Positions 44,646 to 58,700 of a stretch of DNA of 64,000 nucleotides are shown here, in pieces. The stretch spans positions 93,434,001 through 93,498,000 of the forward strand of contig NC_042997.1 of NCBI RefSeq assembly GCF_006345805.1, read 5' to 3'. Position numbers and translations under genes: made by a program. How positions within the stretch are numbered: the first letter of the stretch is position 1; the number at the start of each line of letters is the position of its first letter. Under the pieces are notes generated by a model. That model was not told where the DNA came from. It was given only the letters and a program-made list of their open reading frames with translations, and ran no database searches. Origin of the DNA: Octopus sinensis. Taxonomy: Eukaryota.

Positions 44646-46451
44646 ACACATGTGTATCATCATCATCATCATAATCATCCTTTAACAAGCATGGGCTGGA
44701 CGATTTGCCCAGAGCTGGCAAGCAGAAGAGCTGCACAAGGTTCCAGTCTGATTTGGCTTGGTTTCTACAGTTGGATGCCCTTCCTAATGCCAACCACTTT
44801 ACAGAGTGTGCTGTGTACTTTACATAACACCAGCATATATATATATGGGTGCTTTTGGCTTTTGTGTTCATGATTGCTTCTCAGTATTTAGTAAATGTTG
44901 TTGGTTTGTCTAAGTCCCTAGAACTTAGGAGTTCAACAAAAAGCAATCTGACAGAGTAAGTACAAACTTCAAAAATAAGTTCTGGGATCAATTTGATCAA
45001 CTAAACCCTTCAAAGCAGTGCTCCAGTATGGCCGTAGTCCAATGATTAAAATGAGTTAAAGAGTGAAGGAGTAAAAGAATTTCCATGTACTAGTTGGAGT
45101 GTAAGCCTACCTGATGTGTCAAAAATATAATTGCCTTATTCGCTTATTGTTAATATTATGAAATATTTCTTCTTTTTCTTTTTAATGCAGTTATTGTCAA
45201 GCTGTCCCAACTATTCCTAGACCCTAAACAGGCTGAAATGTATCTGCTGAACAAAACAACCCTTTCTCCTGATATTATCAAGACCCTCTTTGATTCTAGA
45301 ATCAATATGAAGCTGGTAAGTTCTTTCATACTTTTTATAATAGTTTATAAATTAGGTTGACTTATATAAAATTATAACAGTTTAAATCAAAAGTGTGGAG
45401 AAAGCAATGTACTAAAATAAAGTTTTGAGTATTATAGGTTTCACATATCAATGCATGTATATATGTGTGTATATGCATACATTACTCCAAACTCTTATTA
45501 TAACTGGTTCCAGCGTGAAAGACATGTCAGCCATTCAAAACAAAGACTATTAACTTCATTTAAGCATTTATTATTTATTTGGCGTAAAACTTTTTGCTAG
45601 TCTCCGACTCCACCACTCTCTGTGGTTTGTGCTCATACCACATCTTGTGTCTCTCTATCCCCCACTTTTTGCACAGTTTTCAATGGAGCACTTTCGCTAC
45701 CTGGTCTTGTCACCACACTTTGTAGTGGTTTTGGGCAAGTCTAGAGCATTCATTCATGATATGGACAATTGTTTCATCTACTCTGTTGCAGGTATGGCAC
45801 AGCAGAGACACTTGCTCATTCCTAAAGTTGACCCTCCAGTTCGTGGCCAAATCCTGGTCTTGCACTGCCAGCATAGTGCTCTCAGTCTCTTTTTTCAGGG
45901 TTCCTTTCATCAGCCAATCCCACCTATTTTTCCAGCAACTTATGTTGCAGCTACATGGAATTGATTGTGTAGTTCCTTGTTGCATAATTCTTTTTCATGT
46001 CCTTTTTGTACTTCTTCCTTTGTTTTCCCTTTTTACTCTGCTCTCAATACTCCCTTGTTCCTAACTGTCACTAGCAAGGTTTCCTTACTTTGGGCTAGGA
46101 ATTTCATTAAGCTCTCAAGTTTGATATGCATGCAGTCTTCCACACTTATCAGTCCCCTTCCTTTATTTGCTCTCTTCATACGTAGGCAATCATTATCTAC
46201 ACATGGATGATGGGTTCCATGCATCATTAGGACCTTTCTTGACTCCTGCCCATCTCTTTTAGCTTCTCCTCTGTCCACTTCAGGATTCCAGCAACATACT
46301 AAACTACTGCAACTGTGCATGGGTTTATTGCCAAAATTATGTTTCTGGTATTCAGCTTTGAAGCCAGTATTTTTCTCACTTACCACGGGTACTCTTTTTG
46401 TCTTTTCTTTCATGTCATGGAGTTTGATTCTATTATTATTATTATTATTAC

Positions 46452-46517
<66 letters not shown>

Positions 46518-49500
46518 GAAGGAGTAGTTGTAGTAGTATATTGAATATGTATTCTATTGGAAATTAATTCATCTTGAAAAATCGTTTCCAGGTTGAGTTG
46601 ATACGGAAATCTCCACAAGACATGCAGGATTTGATTTGTACACATCGCAATTTATCTTTCTACATCGATTGGCCTAACAGTAAGGTATCTTTGGAGAATG
46701 TAACTGAGATCCTATGTAAGACGAATTTGACAGCAACAATAACTGGACTTGTTGATTACTTAGATTCTGTGACAATTATTCAAGAGGTGAGTTTATTTTC
46801 TATTTTTTATTAATTCCCTAACTACTAATCCTAACTTATTAACTACAACGATCACAATTACTCTGTTGAGCATGGGTTAATATTAAAGCTATTACTAGGG
46901 TGGCAAGCTGGCAAAAACAATCACTGCACTCAGTAAAATACTTAGTAGCATTTCATCCATTTTTATCTTCTGAGTTCAAATTCCACCAAGGTCAACTTTG
47001 TCTTTCATCCTTTCAAGGTTGATGAAATAAGTACCAGTTTAGCACTGGGACCAATGTAACCAACTTGCCTCTTTCCCTACAAATACTGACCTTGTGCAAA
47101 AATTTGAAACCAATATTACTTGATACTAAAGAAGGCAGCAAGCTGGCTGAATCATAAGCAAGTCAGGCAAAATGCTTAGCAGCATTTCATTCATCTTTAT
47201 GTTCTGAGTTCAAATTCTTCTGAGGCTGACTTTGCCTTTCATCCTTTTTGGGTTGATAAAATAAAAACCAGTTGAGCACTGGGGTTGATGTAATCGACTC
47301 ACTGCCTCCCCTAAAATTGTTGGCTTTATGCCAAAATTTTAAACCAATATTAGATTCATTGCTATCTTTATGGGATTTCTTGTAACAGAAAAAGATGTTA
47401 ACTGGTGAATATCTCATTTCGTAAGGAATCCCATACTTAGGAGCAGGAGGGGCAATGATAGTGGTAGCTGTTGTTGTTTATGTATTAGGAACTTAACAGG
47501 GTTAATATGCAACCTATAATAAGAAGTAGGCCCTAGATCCAAATATTTAGGCCAACAGAGACAAATGGAGACAAAATATGGCCAATCCTTAAAATGGTGA
47601 GTTGTGCTATGCTTAACTTTGATATCAGTTTACAATCATATTTCTTTTTGTTACCATATTACTGTTGAAATATAGTATGTGTGATTCAATTAATTTTATA
47701 AATAACTAGCAGTATCACCCGGGGTTGCTCGGGTTTGTTTCAACCCTTTAGAATTGGAATTTTTGAAAAGTAAAACTTTTGCATTATGTAGCTTGTTATT
47801 CTCTTTAAGTGAACATTTTTCTGGTTGAAATACACCAAAAGATGGCGATACAGCAGTCAAAAAATCGTAGAAAATGGGGATTTTCATAGAAAAAAGCACC
47901 TTTTTGGTGTAAATAATTTTTAGTTTTAACATGGTACGATTTGAATTTTATCTTCTACAGAATGAAGAGCAAGCCTTCTTCTATCATACTCTCAATTTTG
48001 GTTAACTTGCACCGCAGGGTCTCGAAGGAGATAGTGTTAGTTGAAGGCTACCAAACCTGCCACACACAGACAACTTCGGCTTTATATATATAGATGAAGT
48101 ATTCAATGAAATGATTTGATTATTATTAAGTTGATGCTTGAAACATAAACATAAAATGTTTGATGGAAGGTTTTAATCTAGATTAACTTTAAAATTTTGT
48201 ATGATAGAACCAGGGTTGTCTCAGGCTGATTGGTGTCTGTAACAGAATAAGAAATCTTATAACTCTCTTTTTTATAGTTATCACTTCTGAACCAATCATT
48301 CCATATTGAATTACCATGGCTGATGAATGTCTCTCGAGAAATGGCAGATCTCCTTGAAAATGTCCACAGACTTCTAGCACTGGAAGACTTCCTTTCATCT
48401 TTTGACTTCAATCAGTTATCAAGGTTGATTCCAAATATCCAACAATTAGTTATTGATCAAGTTCCCCAAAAGATTGTTTCTTCGTAAGTATTCTAACATA
48501 TTTTACACCTTTACTTCTTTCATTCTCACATTTCATTTTTATAAACTCAGTTCATCTCAGCAGTTATGCACACCTTGAAGGAACTAAGACAACAAAAGTA
48601 TTTTTTAATGGGTAGTGTCATTTAATAGCATGAGAACACACATTACATAGCTTAAAAAGAAGGAAATATACCCATACAATTACATTCCCATATGCATTAA
48701 CAATATAAAATTGAATTATTCTGACATTCTACAACAGCCAAGGGGAAACTGCAGCCCATGGGCTGCAGGACTTTCTGAATGGCACACCTAACAAGAAAAA
48801 TTGCCTCGATTTGCTTTTTCATTTTTTAGGTAATTCAACCTACATTGTGATGAAGTATTGCTAATGTAGGGCCCACTTCTCAAATTAGGTTGCTTATGCC
48901 TTTTCTATAAATTCTATGTTCTCCAATTTGTACAAGTCTCAAATCTCAAATGAGGCCCCCCACATTTATTAATGGCCAGATCACAAAGTCTAAGTTTCCT
49001 TTCTCTAGACAACTGACAACCCAATAAATAGCACAAGTCCATCTTACACTCAACTACTCTTCGTGCATACAGGATGGTGCTTCCAGTAAGCATACACACA
49101 TACACATGTTCTCATTTGGAGTCATAATGAAACCAAGATGTCCACCTAATTTGAAAATGTAGGCAGAAGAAAATTATAAGACAAACACTGGTATACAACA
49201 TGTATTAATGGTTTATCTTTTTATCTTTTACTTGTTTCAGTCATTAGACTGTGGCCATGCTGGGACGCCATCTTGAAGAATTTTTAGTCAAAGGAAACGA
49301 CCCCAATGCTTATTATTTTAAGCCTTGTATTTATTCCATCGGTCTCTTTTGCTGAATTGCTAGGTTACAGGAAGATAAACACACCAGCTCCAGTTGTCAA
49401 GTAGTGGTGTGAGACACACACACACACACACAACAGGCTTCTTTCAGTTTCTGTCTACCAAATCCACTCACAAGGCTTTGGTCAGCCTGAGGCTAAAGTA

Positions 49501-49934
49501 GAAGATACTTGCCTAATGTGCCACGTAGTGAGACTGAACCCAGAACCATGAGGTTGGGAAGCGAGCTTCTTACCACACAACCATGCCTAGAATATTTTAA
49601 TATTTTTTATAAATATCCACTCTATAAATTCAGTATTACATTATTTGAGGTTACAACCAGCTAAATAAGGAGGTACTAGCAACCTGATTAAAAGGCAACA
49701 TTCATATCTATCACTAGTTTAGAATATGTAAATCATAATGTTCCAGTCTATGTAACTGTAAATAAGTAGCATAAAGTGATGCAGTTAAATGTTGTTAACA
49801 GAAAAAAACTTTTCTTGACACCCAACTGTATGATCTCAGATTCTGTCCCACTTCTACTATAGCTCTGAACCACCTAGACTGTCAGGAGTGGATTTGGTGG
49901 ATGGTAGCTGAAAGTAGTCCATTGCATATATACA

Positions 49935-49965
<31 letters not shown>

Positions 49966-52900
49966 TGTATGTTGTATGTATGTATGTATGTATGTATGTA
50001 TGTATGTATGTATGTTATGTATGTACGTGTGTGTATGTACAAGTGTGTATGTACATGTGTGTATTATTGTTTCCTGGCCTTGACATCATGTGATAGTTAT
50101 AAACAAATGTCACTGTCAAACCACTATCTTGCTCAGGACATTGACCTCCTGGAAATTATTCAGAGACATGCAACCAAGTGAATACCCTCCATCAGGCATC
50201 TACATTACTCTGAATGCCTTACTTTCCTAGGCATAGATTCATTGAGCTCCAACGTCTGGCAACTGGTTTAGTAAACACCCACAAAATTATTAAGCATTGC
50301 ACCAACAACCACCTCAAGCACCTTTTTAAGCTCCATGTGTCTCACACGCATGGGCTTGCCTTCAAAGTCAGAAAACAGCATAGCTCCCTTGAATTTCAAA
50401 GACGTTTTTTTCATACTCAGAGTTGCTGAAACATGGAACAAACTCACTGCATCAGTTGTTAGTTGCTGAGTCATTGTATCCTTTAAAACATCCATGCTTC
50501 CTGAAATTCGCCAACACTACACCTGATATCCCCACCTCCATACTCATGTACATATGTATATCATGATTCATACACTGTTCACTTTCCTGACTTTTGTACA
50601 TAATTCTATGTACTGTACAATTACCTTTGATGAGTTGTAGTGTACCTGAGCACTATACACAATAATTTCATTATTATTATCAATAGTGTCTGGAATTTCC
50701 TATCTTCCATGAAATCATATCTGCTCATGGGGAATATTATCTTATCTGAAACGGTGAGGTTTAGCAACAGGAAAGGCAACTGGCTGTAGAAAATCTGCCT
50801 CAACAAATTCTATCTGATCTATATCAGCCGAGAAAAACAGGACATTAATGATGATGATGATGATGAAGATAACAATGATAACAACAACAACAACAATGAC
50901 AACAACAATGGCATATATTTGAGAATCAAGATCAGTGATTCTCAACCAGGCTCAATATAACCCTTGGAGGTCCATATAAGATTTTGTTAAAATTCATAAA
51001 CAATAAACTCATCATCATCATCATCGTTTAACATCCATTTTCCATGCTAGCATGGGTTGGATGATTTGACTGAGGACTGGCGAACCAGATGGCTGCACCA
51101 GGCTCCAATCTTGCTCTGGCAGAGTTTCTACAGCTGGATGCCCTTCCTAACGCCAACCACTCCAAGAGTGTAGTGAATGCTTTTACATGCCACTGGCACG
51201 AGGGCCAGTCAGGCGGTACTGGCAACAGCCATGCTCAAATGGCGTTTTTACGTGCCACCGGCACAGAGCCAGTCCAACAGCACTGGCAATGACCTCGTTC
51301 GAGTGTTTTTTCATGTGCCACCGGCAAATGTGCCAGTAAGGCGACACTGGTAATGATCACGCTCAAATGGTGCTTTTTACGTGCCACCGGCACAGAAGTC
51401 AGTTAGCTGCTCTGTTTATATTTTTACAATACACAACATATTTAAACATTTTTAATACAGTTCCTAATAACATTTAATCATAAATGTATAGTTAGAGGTT
51501 TAAGACATTGAATGACTATGACAGTCCCCACTTCCTGAATAAATAGGTATCAAAGGGGTCCATAGGCAAAAAATAGTTGAGAATCGCTGCTCAAGATGTT
51601 AGAACATTATCTTAAAGGCAAAGAAGTTTGAAGATTACACAGATAATGTCATGTTATCTTATAATAGTTTTATGTAATAACAAGTTTTGAAATAAATATC
51701 CGAGAGGACGAAATGCATAAAAGATCAACTTTCTAATCAAGCACCATGAGATTGTCCAAAATAAATGATGAAATAGACAATATTGTAAGAAGAGGGGGAT
51801 CTTCACAAAGTTCATGTTAGCAAATCATAATCTAATACCAATTCCAAACAAAATACATGTGTAGGAAAAAGATTTTACATCCTTCATTATATTTAATAAT
51901 AAATATTGTGATTTTCATTTTCTCATTTGAAGCATTCTTCATATCCTTGATGATTTCAAGCGTATCCAAAACACTTCCTTTTCACAAGAATTCATTGAGG
52001 ACATAGAGATTACAATGAAAGGCATTCTTGGTTTGGAAGCTGTTGACAGAATCATGGCACTTAATGGTAAGTATTTATATTTGTTAATCTTTATCTTTAA
52101 ATTCTACCTCTGTATGAAAAGTCTGGCTGCATCCGAAAAAATATATATTATGAAACAAAAGTAAACACAAAATTTATTACACGAATCTGTTACCACCACA
52201 ACAGTCAACTATTTGACGCCGAACACAAGTTTGATGTTGAATACATCCACGAATTTTCCGCTCATATAGCTCTTCCCAAGACTGCAAGACGGTTTCATGT
52301 AATTCATGCCTCGTTGTAGGGTTTTTCAGTTCAACTTTATCAGCTAAAACTTTGAAAATGCCTTCATCTAATGGATATAAATCTGGGCTTTGAGGCGGTT
52401 GCAATAAAAGTTGCACTGTCGGGTGATGAGCCATTACTTCGGCAATAGAAGCATCCAAATTGTTGACAATATGTGGTCTCACATTGTTCATTTGCAATAT
52501 GCGGATCCCATGTTCTTCACAGGCTGGTAAAATATCAACATCCAGTGTACGGCATGTGTAAACATGTGTTGAATAGAACTCACTGAATAAATCTTAATTA
52601 ACTGTGTTGTCAATTGTATGCACCTGATATATGCTAACGTGTATGCAGCCAGACTTTTCACACAGAGGATAAAGATTAAACGTTAATAAGTTCTCTTGAC
52701 TCAAGTGGATGGACAAATAAAAACTACTTCATAAATGACTTGTTTAATTTATTCATAGTAACAGAAATAAAATTGTCTTAAAAAGCAGTCATCTTCAACT
52801 TTCAAAAGGCAAATGATATATCTAAAACAAGTGCACTAGAGGATTATGAAACAATAATTTAAAGTAGCTCTTGTTGTTTACATTATTTTCCCTATAAATG

Positions 52901-55723
52901 CAAGAAAGGATTTCAAATTCTATTCCCTCTTGATTACATTTTCTGAATTCTATTATTTTAATTTCAAGATGTTCTATCTTTTGAAGAAATTCTTCAGTAA
53001 CATTGAAAATAATGCTTAATATTTGTAGCTGTATTCCGAAACTTCTTGAAATCACCGGATGTTGTACGAGACTATTTGATGAATAACTTAAACTTACCAC
53101 ATGAAATCTCAGATGCACTGATTAATTCCACAGTTTCTCTGGCTCAGGTTAGTTATTCTTCAGACTACCATTATTGGGCATGACTTTCAGCTGTTGGCTA
53201 TTTGCTTTTCCTTTCAGAAATTCTCCAATATTAGATATTGGTTTCAAATTTTGGTACAAGGCCAGCAGGTTCAGGGACAGGGATAAGTTGATTATATCAG
53301 CTCCAGTGCTCAACAACTACTTATTTTATCAACCCCAAAACGATGAAAGGCAAAATCAGCCTCAGCAGAATTTGATCTCAGAATGTATTTAATCTTTAAA
53401 TATGGATAACTTTTTTTACTGAAGTGTTTTAATTTTTTTCAAACTACTTTTGCTCTTTTAATGAATTTGTAAGAATTTTAAAGTAACTAAATTTCATTGG
53501 ACATGAAAAAAGTAGTCGAATTTTACTTTCATTTTTAATTCTAAGTTAAGATTGAATGAAAAATGTTGGATTGAAACAAGCTGAAAAAATAAGTATATAT
53601 ATATATTCTTCATAAGATCTTAGTTTACACATGTAATTGTGCATTCTCTTTCAGTTCATTAATTTCCGAAGCAACTCTGTCAAAGAACTAATGTGCAAGA
53701 ACATCAGCCGCATTATAACTTTGTCAAATAACACCAATGTTACATACCAGGAAATTAGTAATCATTTATGTCATCTGAACACTAAAACTATCTACAACCT
53801 AACACAACTCATCATGGAACAATTAAATATTGGTGAATTTGTTAAACAGGTATGGCCAAAAGCATTTCTGATTTTGAGAAACATTTTATTTAACTACAAT
53901 AAATGCAAACAGCAAATTATATAAAATTTTGTAGAAATTCAGTTATACTTCTAATGTCTTCATTAATGAGATAAATTGCATACTATGAACATGGAAACTA
54001 AATATATTGAACATTATATAGTAAGCTTAAACATGGTTTATAAATTAAATGACATAAATATATGAATATATGAAATGTATGCAAATACTAAAAAATAAAT
54101 AACAATGAGATTTAAAACGAACAGGTGAAGCTCATTTTTTTACATTTGTTTTTAATCTAATCAATATACTGAGATAACAATCAAATCTTATGCTCTAAAA
54201 ATGTTGAAGTACTAAAGAGTAACAACCAGTTTTCATATGGTAGGCTGCTGATCTCACTTTTTCAGTGTTCTCCCTGTTGTTATGCCAGGTTACATGCCAC
54301 TGCCTTGATGTAGTGCTGGTATTTCTGACAAAAATATAACATGATGAATGATATTATAAAGCATTTATAACAAATTTTACTGACTAGATTGCAAGTAAGC
54401 AAATTAAAACCTTAATTACCATTTCATCAATTTTGCCAAGCATATGGTATATACCTAGCCAACAGAATACATGCAAAATATGTGTGAATGTGTGTGTGGT
54501 GTGTGAGTGAATTTTCTTTAATCTTGAAATTTAAAACAGACCAAATCTATCAGAATGAAATGACATGTCATCAAAAATATTATATTTTAATAATATAGAA
54601 GGGGTAATGTTCTTTTTCAGTATGTCTTACTACGTGCTTCAACTTTGCTGAAATCAACCAACATAACAGTACCAATTGCAAAAGAAACATTTTCACAAAT
54701 GTCCAGGACCAGTGCACTTGTAAGAGGAGTCAGAACAGCATTCAACGATAATGAAATATATAAAGTATTCTCTAACTTTGACTCATCTGAAGGCGGTATG
54801 TTTATGTTATTTCCTGGGGGATGGGAATTTTTTAATGCTTAAAAATAAAATGGTTTCATACATCATCATAAGGTCTCAGAATGTAGGAGTAGATGTATTA
54901 TTGATTGAATAAACCCAGTACAAGATTGCTACATATCTCACTTGGGAGGAATGGAAACCAATATCAGCTAAGCAGTTTTTACTTAGGATACAACTAAATA
55001 TGAAATAGAAAAAATTTTAGTGTATTCTGTCACCAAAACAAGCATAGCTAGTTATGATCCAATCCCCCATACTGTAAACAATGCTTCTTCTGTAAGTAGT
55101 AGCAGAAGCAAGTACTCTGAAAGTTTTTTATATCTGTTTTGAGATTTTTTAAGTTCAACTCCTGATAATTTTTTTTTTATTTATCTAGTTTCAGCTCACA
55201 AGCTGTGGCCATGCTGGGGCAAGGCATTAATTTTTTTTCTATTTTTTTAGGGTCCGTAAAATAACTAGCTAGCATAAAAATAACTAGATCCAGTTTACAG
55301 TTTGTAGCATACTGGGTCAATTGAGTTGCTTGTACATCCTTCTTCAAATACGTATTTAAAATGCTCTTCATAAACCCAAACTTTCTTAAAATAACTATCA
55401 TTGTGATCTCATCTCGCTCTTTCTTAAAGATCTGAGCAAGCTTAAAGAGCTTGTACCTCTTATGTGTGGTCGAAATGCTTCTCTTATGTTGGATGCCGAG
55501 GGTGGCCTCAGCATTTTCAGCTCAGCAAATGAAATCAAAGGAAAAGACGGACTCAGTAAATCACAACGGCGTGAATACAACTCTCTACCAAGTAAGTAAC
55601 ACTAGCTAATAATATCAGGTAATGTAAAACACTATTTAAATACAAAGAAAAATACCACAGCCAAGAATGAATTTCAGAATTGTGTGTGCATTTATATATG
55701 CATGTGCGTGCATGCGTGTGTGT

Positions 55724-55764
<41 letters not shown>

Positions 55765-58700
55765 TGTGTCTGTGTCTGTGTGTATGTAGTACTTCCCTGA
55801 CATGACAACATACATTAATATTCCTCCTAAGTCACTGACAGAACTTCAGCAGAGAACACAACCACACAAGCAACTAAAGAAGTGATGACTGCTACTGTTT
55901 GTGCTACATTGTCCATGTGCTTTCATAGAAAGGAGAAAGTATGAAAGAGTAGGGGTATTTCATTGTTCCAAATGCACATGATAACTCAATCACCTCAACA
56001 AAATGCCCTTTATCTGCTTATGGTTTTAAGAAGCTCAAGTCTTGATTCGCATTGGAAACAGTAGTAAGCCAGTAGCTTAATACATGGGTTCACTGCATTG
56101 TTGAGGGAAAAGTGATAAGTGGCGTTTTTACGCTCTGCATTTAAAAGCTTAGAGTTTGTCCATTTAAATAGTTTCAATTGCAGTTTGTAGAAGTTTGTTT
56201 TATATATTGAAAGCCAAGTGCAGTAATTTCCTATTCATTGTATATGTTTCTTATCAGTTGTCAAGAGAATTTGTACAGTTACAAAAGTACTAGTTGTCAT
56301 ATAACAATGTCTTTGATGCCATAGAGTGTAAGACGTTTTGCACGTAAATCCCAAGTCTTTGAATAGTTTGTTTCTTAGTATATCATGTGTTGTGCCCCTT
56401 CTTGAAGAAAATATATCAAATCATACTCAATTTGTCTTATGCTGTTTATCATTATTATCAATCTCATTTTCATCACTGCCACCAGAAATGATGGCATTAC
56501 CTTTACTACCATTCACTGTATCATCAATCCACCACCACTTCAATCATTGCCATCATTTTCATCATGATCAGCATCATTGCTTTAGTAACTATTATCCAGT
56601 AGACTGCATGCCTTTTTCTTGACTCTTTTTAAGATGAATTTTGCAAGCAGTTATACAAAGGAATACTGAAATCAAGCATGGGAGAAATAACATGGAAGTT
56701 TTTAAAACCCTTGATCAGAGGCCAGATTCTATACACTCCTAAAAACAAGGTTACAAATACCATCATTGGAAAAGTAAGTAAAATCTTAATTTTTTTTTTG
56801 TTTTTGAATGCAGTCAGCTTATAATTTCAGCTATGTCAATATCTTCTTCATCCTAAAATCAATAAATTGAATTATGAATTCTCATGTAATCTTTTATGAA
56901 AATATATATTTATCAGCACTAAATTCTAACTTAGGCAATATGCCATATATTTCAAGTATGAGAATTAAAGAAATGGATGTGAAGACTTTCATGCATTTTC
57001 TCTGTCATTTGTGATGTATGTAATGTTGCAAAAAAATAATCAAGCTAAGGTTATAGAATCAGCACAGCAAGTGTTTAGTACAACATTTATCAATATTAAC
57101 TTTTAATATCAAGTTGAAAATTCTCCAAGTTAAAAACCTAGTCTTATAATGTTTCTGTTACAAAACAGAAACAAATGTCATAAGGTATTGGAGCTTTTTC
57201 CCCCTTATACTGGCGAGTTTCTTACATCCTTCAAAATAAATGTAAGCAAAGTTAGTATGCTTCTTGTAGTACCATGCATTTCATTGCTGATTGGTTGATG
57301 CAGCCCCTTGTAGTGTGGTGCTGTGTCATACAGAATGCTAAGTATTAAAAAATGTTTTTCATGCACAATTGATTTTAGATTAAGTCAATATACTAATGAC
57401 TAAAGGGTCATGAAGTCAAATATAATTACAACCACAGTGTAATGCGGCTTTATTACATTATGATTAGTGTTAGAAAGTCTGTCAAGTTGTAAAGACACAG
57501 GGTCTAATAATTCTTTAGCAATTATTCCAATTTACCAAAAGGTTCAGAATAATATCAGCTTAAATAAAACACATTTTTGGTTGTAAAAAGAGTTCTATAA
57601 AACAACAAATTACTCAATATCTGTTGATTTAAAGAAAGCAGCAGGGCCACATTATATTTGAGATTGCATTGTGCTTAAGTAGCTCAATAATTAGAATCTA
57701 AACATAATTGTTGTGACAACTTCGAAAATGAAAATATTTTTTATCATTCATTTACAAGGAACACAAATTGAATTTAACTCCTCATTTCATTCATCTTTCC
57801 TTGAATTTCTTCTGTGTTGAAATTCTCCTTGTTCTTTCCTCTCCAGTTGCTAAAATAGTTTTTAAAATGTCTCACTAGGCAAGCCAATAATGGAATATGT
57901 TTTTAAATTCTTGATTCTCTTTTTTTAAGATGGAGAAGTTTTTCGCTTTCATCGGTCAACTTCAGGAAATGAGTCAAGAATGGGCTACAGGTTTAGAAGA
58001 TGTCTCTGCCATCCGAGCCAAACTACAGAATCTAACTGACATAATGGTAAGATTGTATAAATATTTACAAGCATTTCCTAACTTAGCCTTTTAGTTTATA
58101 ACCTTTTGTAACAAAATCTTAAGTGTTTTTTTCTTTTGATTTGGCACAATGTCAATTTTTGTATGGAAAAATGTACGCTTGCCTCAAATGATAGCAATGA
58201 TTGTTGATATTTATTTAATCAACTTCAAAAAATGAAAAGCGAATTAAACCATGAGAGGATTTGAATTCAGGAAACCAGGGGATGAAACTAAATACTGTAG
58301 GATATAGTCTAACATAGATGGGGGGCAAACTATGGCTCACAAGGTCTATTTGCATAGCCCACAAATATTCTCATAAATGTTTGACACATAGGATTTTTTG
58401 AGAGTAATGCACTAAACAAAACAATAATTTGATTTTGCAATATTGAAAACAAAATGTAAAGCAATATTCTACATATTTTTGGTAATTTTCAAATCTTTGA
58501 ATATGCATAACATTGCAAGTATTTCAAATTTTATCCTAATAATGAGAGCTACAAAAACTAAAAAAATGAATAGGCGCAGGAGTGGCCGTGTGGTAAGTAG
58601 CTTGCTTACCAACCACATGGTTCCGGGTTCAGTCCCACTGCGTGGCATCTTGGGCAAGTGTCTTCTGCTATAGCCTCGGGCCGACCAATGCCTTGTGAGT

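Noticed and set aside
52998-53028. Upstream alternative acceptor for exon 31
   Set aside because: Shifts the frame and hits TAA.
275-53385. Sense-strand bias of SINE family A
   Set aside because: Several degenerate minus copies and non-independent tandem pairs make the small sample uninformative.
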